DNA of 64,000 nucleotides from Eledone cirrhosa (Eukaryota), in assembly GCA_964016885.1 (NCBI GenBank), contig OZ024740.1, positions 15,934,001-15,998,000 of the forward strand, given 5' to 3'. Of this stretch, positions 41,401 through 54,200 are shown piece by piece. The translations under genes and the position numbers were made by a program. The notes below the pieces were generated by a model. That model searched no databases. It had not been told where the DNA came from and worked only from the letters and a program-made list of their open reading frames with translations. Positions within the stretch are counted from its first letter, which is position 1; the number at the start of each line of letters is the position of its first letter.

Positions 41401-44084
41401 AAGAAACTCTCGGGCGTGCTTGACAGCAGAAGGTCTTTAGAGAAGAAACTCTCAGAAGAGCTAGACAGCAGAAGGTGTTCAGAGAAGAAACTGTCAGGAG
41501 AGCTGGACAGCAGAAGGTCTTCAGAGAAGAAACTCTCAGAAGAGCTAGACAGCAGGTCTTCAGAGAAGAAACTCTCGGGAGAGCTGGACAGCAGATGGTC
41601 TTCAGAGAAGAAACTCTCAGAAGAGCTAGACAGCAGAAAATGTTCAGAGAGAAACTGTCAGGAGAGCTGGACAGCAGGAGGTCTTCAGAGAAGAAACTCT
41701 CAGGAGAGCTGGACAGCAGAAGTGCTTCAGAGAAGAAACTCTCGGAAGAGCTGGACAGCAGAAGATCTTCAAAGAAGAAACTCTCAGGAGAGCTAGACAG
41801 CAGAAGGTCTTTAGAGAAGAAACTGTCAGAAGAGCTAGACAGCAGAAGGTCTTTAGAGAAGAAACTGTCAGGAGAGCTGGACAGTAGAAGGTCTTTCGAG
41901 AAGAAACTCTCAGGAGAGCTGGACAGTAGAAGGTCTTCAGAGAAGAAACTGTCAAGAGAGCTGGACAGCAGATGGTCTTCAGAGAAGAAACTCTCAGAAG
42001 AGTTGGACAGCAGAAGGTCTTCAGAGAAGAAACTCTCAGGGGAGCTAGACAGCAGAAGGTCTTCAGAGAAGAAACTCTCAGAGGAGCTAGACAGCAGGTC
42101 TTCAGAGAAGAAACTCTCGGGAGAGCTGGACAGCAGAAGGTCTTCAGAGAAGAAACTCTCGGGAGAGCTAGACAGCAGAAGGTCTTCAGAAAAGAAACTC
42201 TCAGGAGAGCTAGACAGCAGAAGGTCTTCAGAGAAGAAACTCTCAGGGGAGTTGGACAGCAGAAGGTCTGCAGAGAAGAAACTCTCAGGACAGCAAGACA
42301 GCAGAAGGTCTTCAGAGAAGAAACTCTCAGGAGAGCTGGACAGTAGAAGGTCTTCAGAGAAGAAACTCTCGGGAGAGCTAGACAGCAGAAGGTCTTCAGA
42401 GAAGAAACTCTCAGGAGAGCTAGACAGCAGAGGGTCTTCAGAGAAGAAACTCTCGGGAGAGCTGAACAGCAAATGGTCTTCAGCGAAGAAACTCTCAGGA
42501 GAGCTAGACAGCAGAAGGTCTTCAGAGAAGAAACTCTCAGGAGAGCTAGACAGCAGAGGGTCTTCAGAGAAGAAACTCACGGGAGAGCTGGACAGCAGAT
42601 GGTCTTCAGCAAAGAAACTCTCAGAAGAGTTGGACAGCAGAAGGTCTTCAGAGAAGAAACTCTCAGGAGAGCTAGACAGCAGAAGGTCTTCAGAGACGAA
42701 ACTCTCGGGAGAGCTGGACAGCAGAAGGTCTTCAGAGAAGAAACTCTCAGGAGAGCTAGACAGCAGAAGGTCTTCATAGAAGAAACACTCAGGAGAGCTA
42801 GACAGCAGAAGGTCTTCAGAGAAGAAACTCTCAGAAGAGCTAGACAGCAGATCTTCAGAGAAGAAACTCTCGGTAGAGCTGGACAGCAGAAGGTCTTCAG
42901 AGAAGAAACTCTCAGGAGAGCTGGACAGCAGAAGGTCTTTAGTGAAGAAACTCTCGGGAGAGCTGGACAGCATAAGGTCTTCAGAAAAGAAACTCTCAGG
43001 AGAGCTAGACAGCAGAAGGTCTTCAGAGAAGAAACTCTCAGGAGAGCTAGACAGCAGAAGGTCTTTAGAGAAGAAACTTTCAGTAGAGCTAGACAACAGA
43101 AGGTCTTCAGAGAAGAAACTCTCAGGATAGCTAGACAGCAGAAGGTCTTCAGAGAAGAAAGTCTCGGGAGAGCTGGACAGCAGAAGGTCATTAGAGAAGA
43201 AACTCTCAGGAGAGCTAGACAACAGAAGGTCTTCAGAGAAGAAACTGTCAGGAGAGCTAGACAGCAGAGGGTCTTCAGAGAAGAAACTGTCACGAGAGCT
43301 GGACAGTAGAAGGTCTTTAGAGAAGAAACTGTCAGGAGAGCTGGACAGCAGAAGGTCTTCAGAGAAGAAACTGTCAGGAGAGCTGGACAGAAGAAGGTCT
43401 TCAGAGAAGAAACTCTCAGGAGAGATAGACAGCAGGTCTTCTGAGAAGATACTCTCACGAGAGCTGGACACCAGAAGGTCTTCAGAGAAGAAACTCTCAA
43501 AAGAGCTAGACAGCAGAAGGTCTTCAGAGAAGAAAGTCTCAGGAGAGCTGGACAGCAGAAGGTCTTTAGAGAAGTAACTCTCAGGAGAGCTGGATAGCAG
43601 AAGGTCTTCAGAGAAGAAACTCTCGGGAGAGCTGGACAAAAGAAGGTCTTTAGAGAAGAAACTCTCAGGAGAGCTAGACAGCAGAAGGTCTTCAGAGAAG
43701 AAACTCTCGGGACAGCTGGATAGCAGAAGGTCTTCAGAGAAGAAACTCTCGGGAGAGCTGGACAGAAGAAGGTCTTCAGAGAAGAAACTCTCGGTAGAGC
43801 TGGACAGCAGAAGGTCTTCAGAGAAGAAAATGTCAGGAGAGCTGGACAGTAGGTCTTCAGAGAAGAAACTCTCGGGAGTGCTGGACAGCAGAAGGTCTTT
43901 AGAGAAGAAACTCTCAGAAGAGCTAGACAGCAGAATGTGTTGAGAGAAGAAACTGTCAGGAGAGCTGGACAGCAGAAGGTCTTCAGAGAAGAAACTCACA
44001 AAAGAGCTAGACAGCAGGTCTTCAGAGAAGAAACTCTCGGGAGAGCTGGACAGCAGAATGTCTTCAGAGAAGAAACTCTCAGAA
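37136..44084. repeat. Apparently perfect tandem duplication of a 3462-bp unit (~37136-40597 and ~40598-44059)
   Basis: 926-aa ORFs 37757..40537 and 41219..43999 appear identical; all other ORFs in the interval pair at +3462. Confidence 0.95.
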
Positions 44085-44581
44085 TAGCTAGACAGCAGAA
44101 AATTTTCAGAGAGAAACTGTCAGGAGAGCTGGACAGCAGAAGGTCTTCAGAGAAGAAACTCTCAGGAGAGCTGGACAGCAGAAGGTCTTCAGAGAAGAAA
44201 CTCTCGGGAGAGCTGGACAAAAGAAGGTCTTTAGAGAAGAAACTCTCGGTAGAGCTGGACAGCAGAAGGTCTTCAGAGAAGAAACTCTCAGAAGAGTTGG
44301 ACAGCAGAAGGTCTTCAGAAAAGAAACTCTCGGGAGAGCTGGACAGCAGAAGGTCTTCAGAGAAGAAACTCTCGGGAGAGCTAGACAGTAGAAGGTCTTC
44401 AGAAAAGAAACTCTCAGGAGAGCTAGACAGCAGAAGGTCTTCAGAGAAGAAACTCTCAGGAGAGCTAGACAACAGAAGGTCTTTAGAGAAGAAACTTTCA
44501 GGAGAGCTAGACAGCAGAAGGTCTTCAGAGAAGAAACTCTCAGGAGAGCTGGACAGCAGAAGGTCTTCAGAGAAGAAGCTC

Positions 44582-47500
44582 TCGGGAGTGCTGGACAGCA
44601 GAAGGTCTTTAGAGAAGAAACTCTCAGAATAGCTGGACAGCAGAAGGTCTTTAGAGAAGAAACTGTCAGGAGAGCTGGACAGTAGAAGGTCTTTAGAGAA
44701 GAAACTCTCAGGAGAGCTGGACAGTAGAAGGTCTTCAGATAAGAAACTGTCAGGAGACCTGGACAGCAGAAGGTCTTTAGAGAAGAAACTCTCAGGAGAG
44801 CTGGCCAGCAGAAGGTCTTAAGAGAAGAAACTGTCAGGAGAGCTGGACAGCAGATGGTCTTCAGCAAAGAAACTCTCAGAAGAGTTGGACAGCAGAGGGT
44901 CTTCAGAGAAGAAACTCTCAAGAGAGCTAGACAGCAGAAGGTCTTCAGAGAAGAAACTCTCAGGAGGGTTGGACAGCAGAAGGTCTTCAGAGAAGAAACT
45001 CTCAGGAGAGTTGGACAGCAGAAGGTCTGCAGAGAAGAAACTATCAGGAGAGCTGGACAGCAGAAGGTCTTCAGAGGAGAAACTCTCGGGAGAGCTGTAC
45101 AGCAGAAGGTCTTCAGAAGAGAAACTTTCAGGAGAGCTAGGCAGCAGAAGGTCTTCAGAGAAGAAACTCTCAGGAGATCTAGACAGCAGAAGGTCTTTAG
45201 AGAAGAAACTCTCAGGAGAGCTAGACAGCAGAAGGTCTTAAGAGAAGAAACTCTCAGGAGAGCTGGACAGCAGAAGGTCTTCAGAGAAGCTCTCGGGAGA
45301 GTTGGACAGCAGAAGGTCTTCAGAGAAGAAACTCTCAGGAGAGCTAGACAGCAGAAGGTCTTCAGAGAAGAAAGTCTCAGGAGAGCTGGACAGCAGAAGG
45401 TCTTCAGAGAAGAAACTCTCAGGACATCTGGATAGCAGAAGGTCTTCAGAGAAGAAACTCTCGGGAGAGCTGGACAGCAGAAGGTCTTTAGAGAAGAAAC
45501 TCTCAGGAGAGCTAGACAGCAGAAGGTCTTCAGAGAAGAAACTCTCAAGAGAGTTGGACAGCAGAAGGTCTTCAGAGAACAAACTCACGGGAGAGCTGGA
45601 CAGCAGAAGGTCTTCAGAGATAAACTCTCGGGAGAGCTGGACATCAGAAGGTCTTCAGAGAAGAAACTCTCGGGAGAGCTGGATAGCAGGAGGTCTTCAG
45701 AGAAGAAACTCTCGGGAGAGCTGGACAGCAGAAGGTCTTCAGAGAAGAAACTCTCGGTAGAGCTGGACAGCAGAAGGTCTTCAGAGAAGAAAATGTCAGG
45801 AGAGCTGGACAGTAGGTCTTCAGAGAAGAAACTCTCGGGCGTGCTGGACAGCAGAAGGTCTTTAGAGAAGAAACTCTCAGAAGAGCTAGACAGCAGAAGG
45901 TGTTCAGAGAAGAAACTGTCAGGAGAGCTGGACAGCAGAAGGTCTTCAGAGAAGAAACTCTCAGAAGAGCTAGACAGCAGGTCTTCAGAGAAGAAACTCT
46001 CGGGAGAGCTGGACAGCAGATGGTCTTCAGAGAAGAAACTCTCAGAAGAGCTAGACAGCAGAAAATGTTCAGAGAGAAACTGTCAGGAGATCTGGACAGC
46101 AGGAGGTCTTCAGAGAAGAAACTCTCATGAGAGCTGGACAGCAGAAGGGCTTCAGAGAAGAAACTCTCGGAAGAGCTGGACAGCAGAAGATCTTCAGAGA
46201 AGAAACTCTCAGGAGAGCTAGACAGCAGAAGGTCTTTAGAGAAGAAACTGTCAGAAGAGCTAGACAGCAGAAGGTCTTTAGAGAAGAAACTGTCAGGAGA
46301 GCTGGACAGTAGAAGGTCTTTCGAGAAGAAACTCTCAGGAGAGCTGGACAGTAGAAGGTCTTCAGAGAAGAAACTATCAGGAGACCTGGACAGCAGAAGG
46401 TCTTTAGAGAAGAAACTCTCAGGAGAGCTGGCCACAGAAGGTCTTCAGAGAAGAAACTGTCAAGAGAGCTGGACAGCAGATGGTCTTCAGCGAAGAAACT
46501 CTCAGAAGAGTTGGACAGCAGAAGGTCTTCAGAGAAGAAACTCTCAGGGGAGCTAGACAGCAGAAGGTCTTCAGAGAAGAAACTCTCAGAGGAGCTAGAC
46601 AGCAGGTCTTCAGAGAAGAAACTCTCGGGAGAGCTGGACAGCAGAAGGTCTTCAGAGAAGAAACTCTCGGGAGAGCTAGACAGCAGAAGGTCTTCAGAAA
46701 AGAAACTCTCAGGAGAGCTAGACAGCAGAAGGTCTTCAGAGAAGAAACTCTCAGGAGAGTTGGACAGCAGAAGGTCTGCAGAGAAGAAACTCTTAGGACA
46801 GCAAGACAGCAGAAGGTCTTCAGAGAAGAAACTCTCAGGAGAGCTGGACAGTAGAAGGTCTTCAGAGAAGAAACTCTCGGGAGAGCTAGACAGCAGAAGG
46901 TCTTCAGAGAAGAAACTCTCAGGAGAGCTAGACAGCAGAGGGTCTTCAGAGAAGAAACTCTCGGGAGAGCTGAACAGCAAATGGTCTTCAGCGAAGAAAC
47001 TCTCAGGAGAGCTAGACAGCAGAAGGTCTTCAGAGAAGAAACTCTCAGGAGAGCTAGACAGCAGAGGGTCTTCAGAGAAGAAACTCTCGGGAGAGCTGGA
47101 CAGCAGATGGTCTTCAGCAAAGAAACTCTCAGAAGAGTTGGACAGCAGAAGGTCTTCAGAGAAGAAACTCTCAGGAGAGCTAGACAGCAGAAGGTCTTCA
47201 GAGACGAAACTCTCGGGAGAGCTGGACAGCAGAAGGTCTTCAGAGAAGAAACTCTCAGGAGAGCTAGACAGCAGAAGGTCTTCAGAGAAGAAACTCTCAG
47301 GAGAGCTAGACAGCAGAAGGTCTTCAGAGAAGAAACTCTCAGAAGAGCTAGACAGCAGATCTTCAGAGAAGAAACTGTCGGTAGAGCTGGACAGCAGAAG
47401 GTCTTCAGAGAAGAAACTCTCAGGAGAGCTGGACAGCAGAAGGTCTTCAGTGAAGAAACTCTCGGGAGAGCTGGACAGCATAAGGTCTTCAGAAAAGAAA

Positions 47501-47860
47501 CTCTCAGGAGAACTAGACAGCAGAAGGTCTTCAGAGAAGTAACTCTCAGGAGAGCTAGACAGCAGAAGGTCTTTAGAGAAGAAACTTTCAGTAGAGCTAG
47601 ACAACAGAAGGTCTTCAGAGAAGAAACTCTCAGGATAGCTAGACAGCAGAAGGTCTTCAGAGAAGAAAGTCTCGGGAGAGCTGGACAGCAGAAGGTCATT
47701 AGAGAAGAAACTCTCAGGAGAGCTAGACAACAGAAGGTCTTCAGAGAAGAAACTGTCAGGAGAGCTAGACAGCAGAGGGTCTTCAGAGAAGAAACTGTCA
47801 CGAGAGCTGGACAGTAGAAGGTCTTTAGAGAAGAAACTGTCAGGAGAGCTGGACAGCCGA
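44582..47860. repeat. Diverged copy of upstream blocks (offset 8887 from ~35695-37400; 4425-4508 from ~41-43.3 kb)
   Basis: ORF pairs 35967/44854, 36415/45302 and 37013/45900 (8887); 41368/45793 (4425); 41972/46480 and 42473/46981 (4508). Confidence 0.85.
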
Positions 47861-49089
47861 AGGTCTTTAGAGAAGAAACTGTCAGGAGAGCTAGACAGCA
47901 GAAGGTCTTCAGAGAAGAAACTGTCAGGAGACCTGGACAGCAGAAGGTCTTTAGAGAAGAAACTCTCAGAAGAGCTAGACAGCAGAAAATTTTCAGAGAG
48001 AAACTGTCAGGAGAGCTGGACAGCAGAAGGTCTTCAGAGAAGAAACTCTCGGGAGAGCTGGACAGCAGAAGATCTTCAGAGAAGAAACTCTCAGGAGAGC
48101 TAGACAGCAGAAGGTCGTTAGAGAAGAAACTCTCAGAAGAGTTGGACAGCAGAAGGTCTTCAGAGAAGAAACTCTCAGGGGAGCTAGACAGCAGAAGGTC
48201 TTCAGAGAAGAAACTCTCAGAAGAGCTAGACAGCAGGTCTTCAGAGAAGAAACTCTCGGGGGAGCTGGACAGCAGAAGGTCTTCAGAGAAGAAACTCTCG
48301 GGAGAGCTAGACAGCAGAAGGTCTTCAGAAAAGAAACTCTCAGGAGAGCTAGACAGCAGAATGTCTTCAGAGAAGAAACTCTCAGGAGAGCTAGACAGCA
48401 GAAGGTCTTTAGAGAAGAAACTTTCAGGAGAGCTAGACAGCAGAAGGTCTTCAGAGAAGAAACTCTCAGGAGAGTTGGACAGCAGAAGGTCTTCAGAGAA
48501 GAAACTCTCAGGAGAGCTGGACAGCAGAAGGTCTTCAGAGAAGAAACTCTCGGGAGAGCTGGACAGCAGAAGGTCTTCAGAAAAGAAACTCTCAGGAGAG
48601 CTAGACAGCAGAAGGTCTTCAGAGAAGAAACTCTCAGGAGAGCTAGACAGCAGAAGGTCTTTAGAGAAGAAACTTTCAGGAGAGCTAGACAGCAGAAGGT
48701 CTTCAGAGAAGAAACTCTCAGGAGAGCTGGACAGCAGAAGGTCTTCAGAGAAGAAGCTCTCGGGAGAGTTGGACAGCAGAAGGTCTTCAGAGAAGAAACT
48801 CTCAGGAGAGCTAGACAGCAGAAGGTCTTCAGAGAAGAAAGTCTCAGGAGAGCTGGACAGCAGAAGGTCTTCAGAGAAGAAACTCTCAGGAGAGCTGGAC
48901 AGCAGACGGTCTTCAGAGAAGAAACTCTCGGGAGAGCTGGACAGCAGAAGGTCTTTAGAGAAGAAACTCTCAGGAGAGCTAGACAGCAGAAGGTCTTCAG
49001 AGAAGAAGCTCTGAAGAGAGTTGGACAGCAGAAGGTCTTCAGAGAACAAACTCACGGGAGAGCTGGACAGCAGAAGGTCTTCAGAGATA

Positions 49090-52000
49090 AACTCTCGGGA
49101 GAGCTGGACAGCAGAAAGTCTTCAGAGAAGAAACTCTCGGTAGAGCTGGACAGCAGAAGGTCTTCAGAGAAGAAACTGTCAGGAGAGCTGGACAGTAGGT
49201 CTTCAGAGAAGAAACTCTCGGGAGTGCTGGACAGCAGAAGGTCTTTAGAGAAGAAACTCTCAGAAGAGCTAGACAGCAGAAGGTGTTCAGAGAAGAAACT
49301 GTCAGGAGAGCTAGACAGCAGAAGGTCTTCAGAGCAGAAACTCTCAGAAGAGCTAGACAGCAGGTCTTCAGAGAAGAAACTCTCGGGAGAGCTGGACAGC
49401 AGAAGGTCTTCAGAGAAGAAACTCTCAGGAGAACTGGACAGCAGAAGGTCTTTAGAGAAGAAACTGTCAGGAGAGCTAGACAGCAGAAGGTCTTCAGAGA
49501 AGAAACTGTCAGGAGAGCTGGACAGCGGAAGGTCTTTAGAGAAGAAACTGTCAGGAGAGCTGGACAGTAGAAGGTCTTTAGAGAAGAAACTCTCAGGGGA
49601 GCTGGACAGTAGAAGGTCGTCAGAGAAGAAACTCTCAGGGGAGCTAGACAGCAGAAGGTCTTCAGAGAAGAACCTCTCAGGAGAGCTAGACAGCAGAAGG
49701 TCTTCAGCGAAGAAACTCACAGTAGAGTTGGACAGCAGAAGCTCTTCAGAGAAGAAACTCTCAGGGGAGCTAGACAGCAGAAGGTCTTCAGAGAAGAAAC
49801 TCTCAGAAGAGTTGGACAGCAGAAGCTCTTCAGAGAAGAAACTCTCAGGGGAGCTAGACAGCAGAAGGTCTTCAGAGAAGAACCTCTCAGGAGAGCTAGA
49901 CAGCAGAAGGTCTTCAGCGAAGAAACTCACAGTAGAGTTGGACAGCAGAAGCTCTTCAGAGAAGAAACTCTCAGGGGAGCTAGACAGCAGAAGGTCTTCA
50001 GAGAAGAAACTCTCAGAAGAGCTAGACAGCAGGTCTTCAGAGAAGAAACTCTCAGGAGAGCTAGACAGCAGATGGTCTTCAGCGAAGAAACTCTCAGAAG
50101 AGTTGGACAGCAGAAGGTCTTCAGAGAAGAAACTCTCAGGGGAGCTAGACAGCAGAAGGTCTTCAGAGAAGAAACTCTCAGAAGAGCTAGACAGCAGGTC
50201 TTCAGAGAAGAAACTCTCGGGAGAGCTGGACAGCAGAAGGTCTTCAGAGAAGAAACTCTCGGGAGAGCTAGACAGCAGAAGGTCTTCAGAAAAGAAACTC
50301 TCAGGAGAGCTAGACAGCAGAAGGTCTTCAGAGAAGAAACTCTCGGTAGAGCTGGACAGCAGAAGGTCTTCAGAGAAGAAACTCTCAGGAGAGCTGGACA
50401 GCAGAAGGTCTTCAGAGAAGAAACTCTCAGGAGAACTGGACAGCAGAAGGTCTTTAGAGAAGAAACTGTCAGGAGAGCTAGACAGCAGAAGGTCTTCAGA
50501 GAAGAAACTGTCAGGAGAGCTGGACAGCGGAAGGTCTTTAGAGAAGAAACTGTCAGGAGAGCTGGACAGTAGAAGGTCTTTAGAGAAGAAACTCTCAGGG
50601 GAGCTGGACAGTAGAAGGTCGTCAGAGAAGAAACTCTCAGGGGAGCTAGACAGCAGAAGGTCTTCAGAGAAGAACCTCTCAGGAGAGCTAGACAGCAGAA
50701 GGTCTTCAGCGAAGAAACTCACAGTAGAGTTGGACAGCAGAAGCTCTTCAGAGAAGAAACTCTCAGGGGAGCTAGACAGCAGAAGGTCTTCAGAGAAGAA
50801 ACTCTCAGAAGAGTTGGACAGCAGAAGCTCTTCAGAGAAGAAACTCTCAGGGGAGCTAGACAGCAGAAGGTCTTCAGAGAAGAACCTCTCAGGAGAGCTA
50901 GACAGCAGAAGGTCTTCAGCGAAGAAACTCACAGTAGAGTTGGACAGCAGAAGCTCTTCAGAGAAGAAACTCTCAGGGGAGCTAGACAGCAGAAGGTCTT
51001 CAGAGAAGAAACTCTCAGAAGAGCTAGACAGCAGGTCTTCAGAGAAGAAACTCTCAGGAGAGCTAGACAGCAGATGGTCTTCAGCGAAGAAACTCTCAGA
51101 AGAGTTGGACAGCAGAAGGTCTTCAGAGAAGAAACTCTCAGGGGAGCTAGACAGCAGAAGGTCTTCAGAGAAGAAACTCTCAGAAGAGCTAGACAGCAGG
51201 TCTTCAGAGAAGAAACTCTCGGGAGAGCTGGACAGCAGAAGGTCTTCAGAGAAGAAACTCTCGGGAGAGCTAGACAGCAGAAGGTCTTCAGAAAAGAAAC
51301 TCTCAGGAGAGCTAGACAGCAGAAGGTCTTCAGAGAAGAAACTCTCGGTAGAGCTGGACAGCAGAAGGTCTTCAGAGAAGAAACTGTCAGGAGAGCTGGA
51401 CAGTAGGTCTTCAGAGAAGAAACTCTCGGGAGTGCTGGACAGCAGAAGGTCTTTAGAGAAGAAACTCTCAGAAGAGCTAGACAGCAGAAGGTCTTCAGAA
51501 AAGAAACTCTCAGGAGAGCTAGACAGCAGAAGGTCTTCAGAGAAGAAACTCTCGGTAGAGCTGGACAGCAGAAGGTCTTCAGAGAAGAAACTGTCAGGAG
51601 AGCTGGACAGTAGGTCTTCAGAGAAGAAACTCTCGGGAGTGCTGGACAGCAGAAGGTCTTTAGAGAAGAAACTCTCAGAAGAGCTAGACAGCAGAAGGTG
51701 TTCAGAGAAGAAACTGTCAGGAGAGCTAGACAGCAGAAGGTCTTCAGAGCAGAAACTCTCAGAAGAGCTAGACAGCAGGTCTTCAGAGAAGAAACTCTCG
51801 GGAGAGCTGGACAGCAGAAGGTCTTCAGAGAAGAAACTCTCAGGAGAACTGGACAGCAGAAGGTCTTTAGAGAAGAAACTGTCAGGAGAGCTAGACAGCA
51901 GAAGGTCTTCAGAGAAGAAACTGTCAGGAGAGCTGGACAGCGGAAGGTCTTTAGAGAAGAAACTGTCAGGAGAGCTGGACAGTAGAAGGTCTTTAGAGAA

Positions 52001-54200
52001 GAAACTCTCAGGGGAGCTGGACAGTAGAAGGTCGTCAGAGAAGAAACTCTCAGGGGAGCTAGACAGCAGAAGGTCTTCAGAGAAGAACCTCTCAGGAGAG
52101 CTAGACAGCAGAAGGTCTTCAGCGAAGAAACTCACAGTAGAGTTGGACAGCAGAAGCTCTTCAGAGAAGAAACTCTCAGGGGAGCTAGACAGCAGAAGGT
52201 CTTCAGAGAAGAAACTCTCAGAAGAGTTGGACAGCAGAAGCTCTTCAGAGAAGAAACTCTCAGGGGAGCTAGACAGCAGAAGGTCTTCAGAGAAGAACCT
52301 CTCAGGAGAGCTAGACAGCAGAAGGTCTTCAGCGAAGAAACTCACAGTAGAGTTGGACAGCAGAAGCTCTTCAGAGAAGAAACTCTCAGGGGAGCTAGAC
52401 AGCAGAAGGTCTTCAGAGAAGAAACTCTCAGAAGAGCTAGACAGCAGGTCTTCAGAGAAGAAACTCTCAGGAGAGCTAGACAGCAGATGGTCTTCAGCGA
52501 AGAAACTCTCAGAAGAGTTGGACAGCAGAAGGTCTTCAGAGAAGAAACTCTCAGGGGAGCTAGACAGCAGAAGGTCTTCAGAGAAGAAACTCTCAGAAGA
52601 GCTAGACAGCAGGTCTTCAGAGAAGAAACTCTCGGGAGAGCTGGACAGCAGAAGGTCTTCAGAGAAGAAACTCTCGGGAGAGCTAGACAGCAGAAGGTCT
52701 TCAGAAAAGAAACTCTCAGGAGAGCTAGACAGCAGAAGGTCTTCAGAGAAGAAACTCTCGGTAGAGCTGGACAGCAGAAGGTCTTCAGAGAAGAAACTGT
52801 CAGGAGAGCTGGACAGTAGGTCTTCAGAGAAGAAACTCTCGGGAGTGCTGGACAGCAGAAGGTCTTTAGAGAAGAAACTCTCAGAAGAGCTAGACAGCAG
52901 AAGGTCTTCAGAAAAGAAACTCTCAGGAGAGCTAGACAGCAGAAGGTCTTCAGAGAAGAAACTCTCGGTAGAGCTGGACAGCAGAAGGTCTTCAGAGAAG
53001 AAACTGTCAGGAGAGCTGGACAGTAGGTCTTCAGAGAAGAAACTCTCGGGAGTGCTGGACAGCAGAAGGTCTTTAGAGAAGAAACTCTCAGAAGAGCTAG
53101 ACAGCAGAAGGTGTTCAGAGAAGAAACTGTCAGGAGAGCTAGACAGCAGAAGGTCTTCAGAGCAGAAACTCTCAGAAGAGCTAGACAGCAGGTCTTCAGA
53201 GAAGAAACTCTCGGGAGAGCTGGACAGCAGAAGGTCTTCAGAGAAGAAACTCTCAGGAGAACTGGACAGCAGAAGGTCTTTAGAGAAGAAACTGTCAGGA
53301 GAGCTAGACAGCAGAAGGTCTTCAGAGAAGAAACTGTCAGGAGAGCTGGACAGCGGAAGGTCTTTAGAGAAGAAACTGTCAGGAGAGCTGGACAGTAGAA
53401 GGTCTTTAGAGAAGAAACTCTCAGGGGAGCTGGACAGTAGAAGGTCGTCAGAGAAGAAACTCTCAGGGGAGCTAGACAGCAGAAGGTCTTCAGAGAAGAA
53501 CCTCTCAGGAGAGCTAGACAGCAGAAGGTCTTCAGCGAAGAAACTCACAGTAGAGTTGGACAGCAGAAGCTCTTCAGAGAAGAAACTCTCAGGGGAGCTA
53601 GACAGCAGAAGGTCTTCAGAGAAGAAACTCTCAGAAGAGTTGGACAGCAGAAGCTCTTCAGAGAAGAAACTCTCAGGGGAGCTAGACAGCAGAAGGTCTT
53701 CAGAGAAGAACCTCTCAGGAGAGCTAGACAGCAGAAGGTCTTCAGCGAAGAAACTCACAGTAGAGTTGGACAGCAGAAGCTCTTCAGAGAAGAAACTCTC
53801 AGGGGAGCTAGACAGCAGAAGGTCTTCAGAGAAGAAACTCTCAGAAGAGCTAGACAGCAGGTCTTCAGAGAAGAAACTCTCAGGAGAGCTAGACAGCAGA
53901 TGGTCTTCAGCGAAGAAACTCTCAGAAGAGTTGGACAGCAGAAGGTCTTCAGAGAAGAAACTCTCAGGGGAGCTAGACAGCAGAAGGTCTTCAGAGAAGA
54001 AACTCTCAGAAGAGCTAGACAGCAGGTCTTCAGAGAAGAAACTCTCGGGAGAGCTGGACAGCAGAAGGTCTTCAGAGAAGAAACTCTCGGGAGAGCTAGA
54101 CAGCAGAAGGTCTTCAGAAAAGAAACTCTCAGGAGAGCTAGACAGCAGAAGGTCTTCAGAGAAGAAACTCTCGGTAGAGCTGGACAGCAGAAGGTCTTCA
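49090..54200. repeat. Homogeneous higher-order repeat: four copies of a ~1-kb core at spacings 1002, 1413 and 1413 bp, with internal 210- and 207-bp sub-duplications
   Basis: GAACTGG marker at 49431, 50433, 51846 and 53259; ORF starts 50072, 51074, 52487 and 53900; AACCTCTC at 49671 and 49881. Confidence 0.92.
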
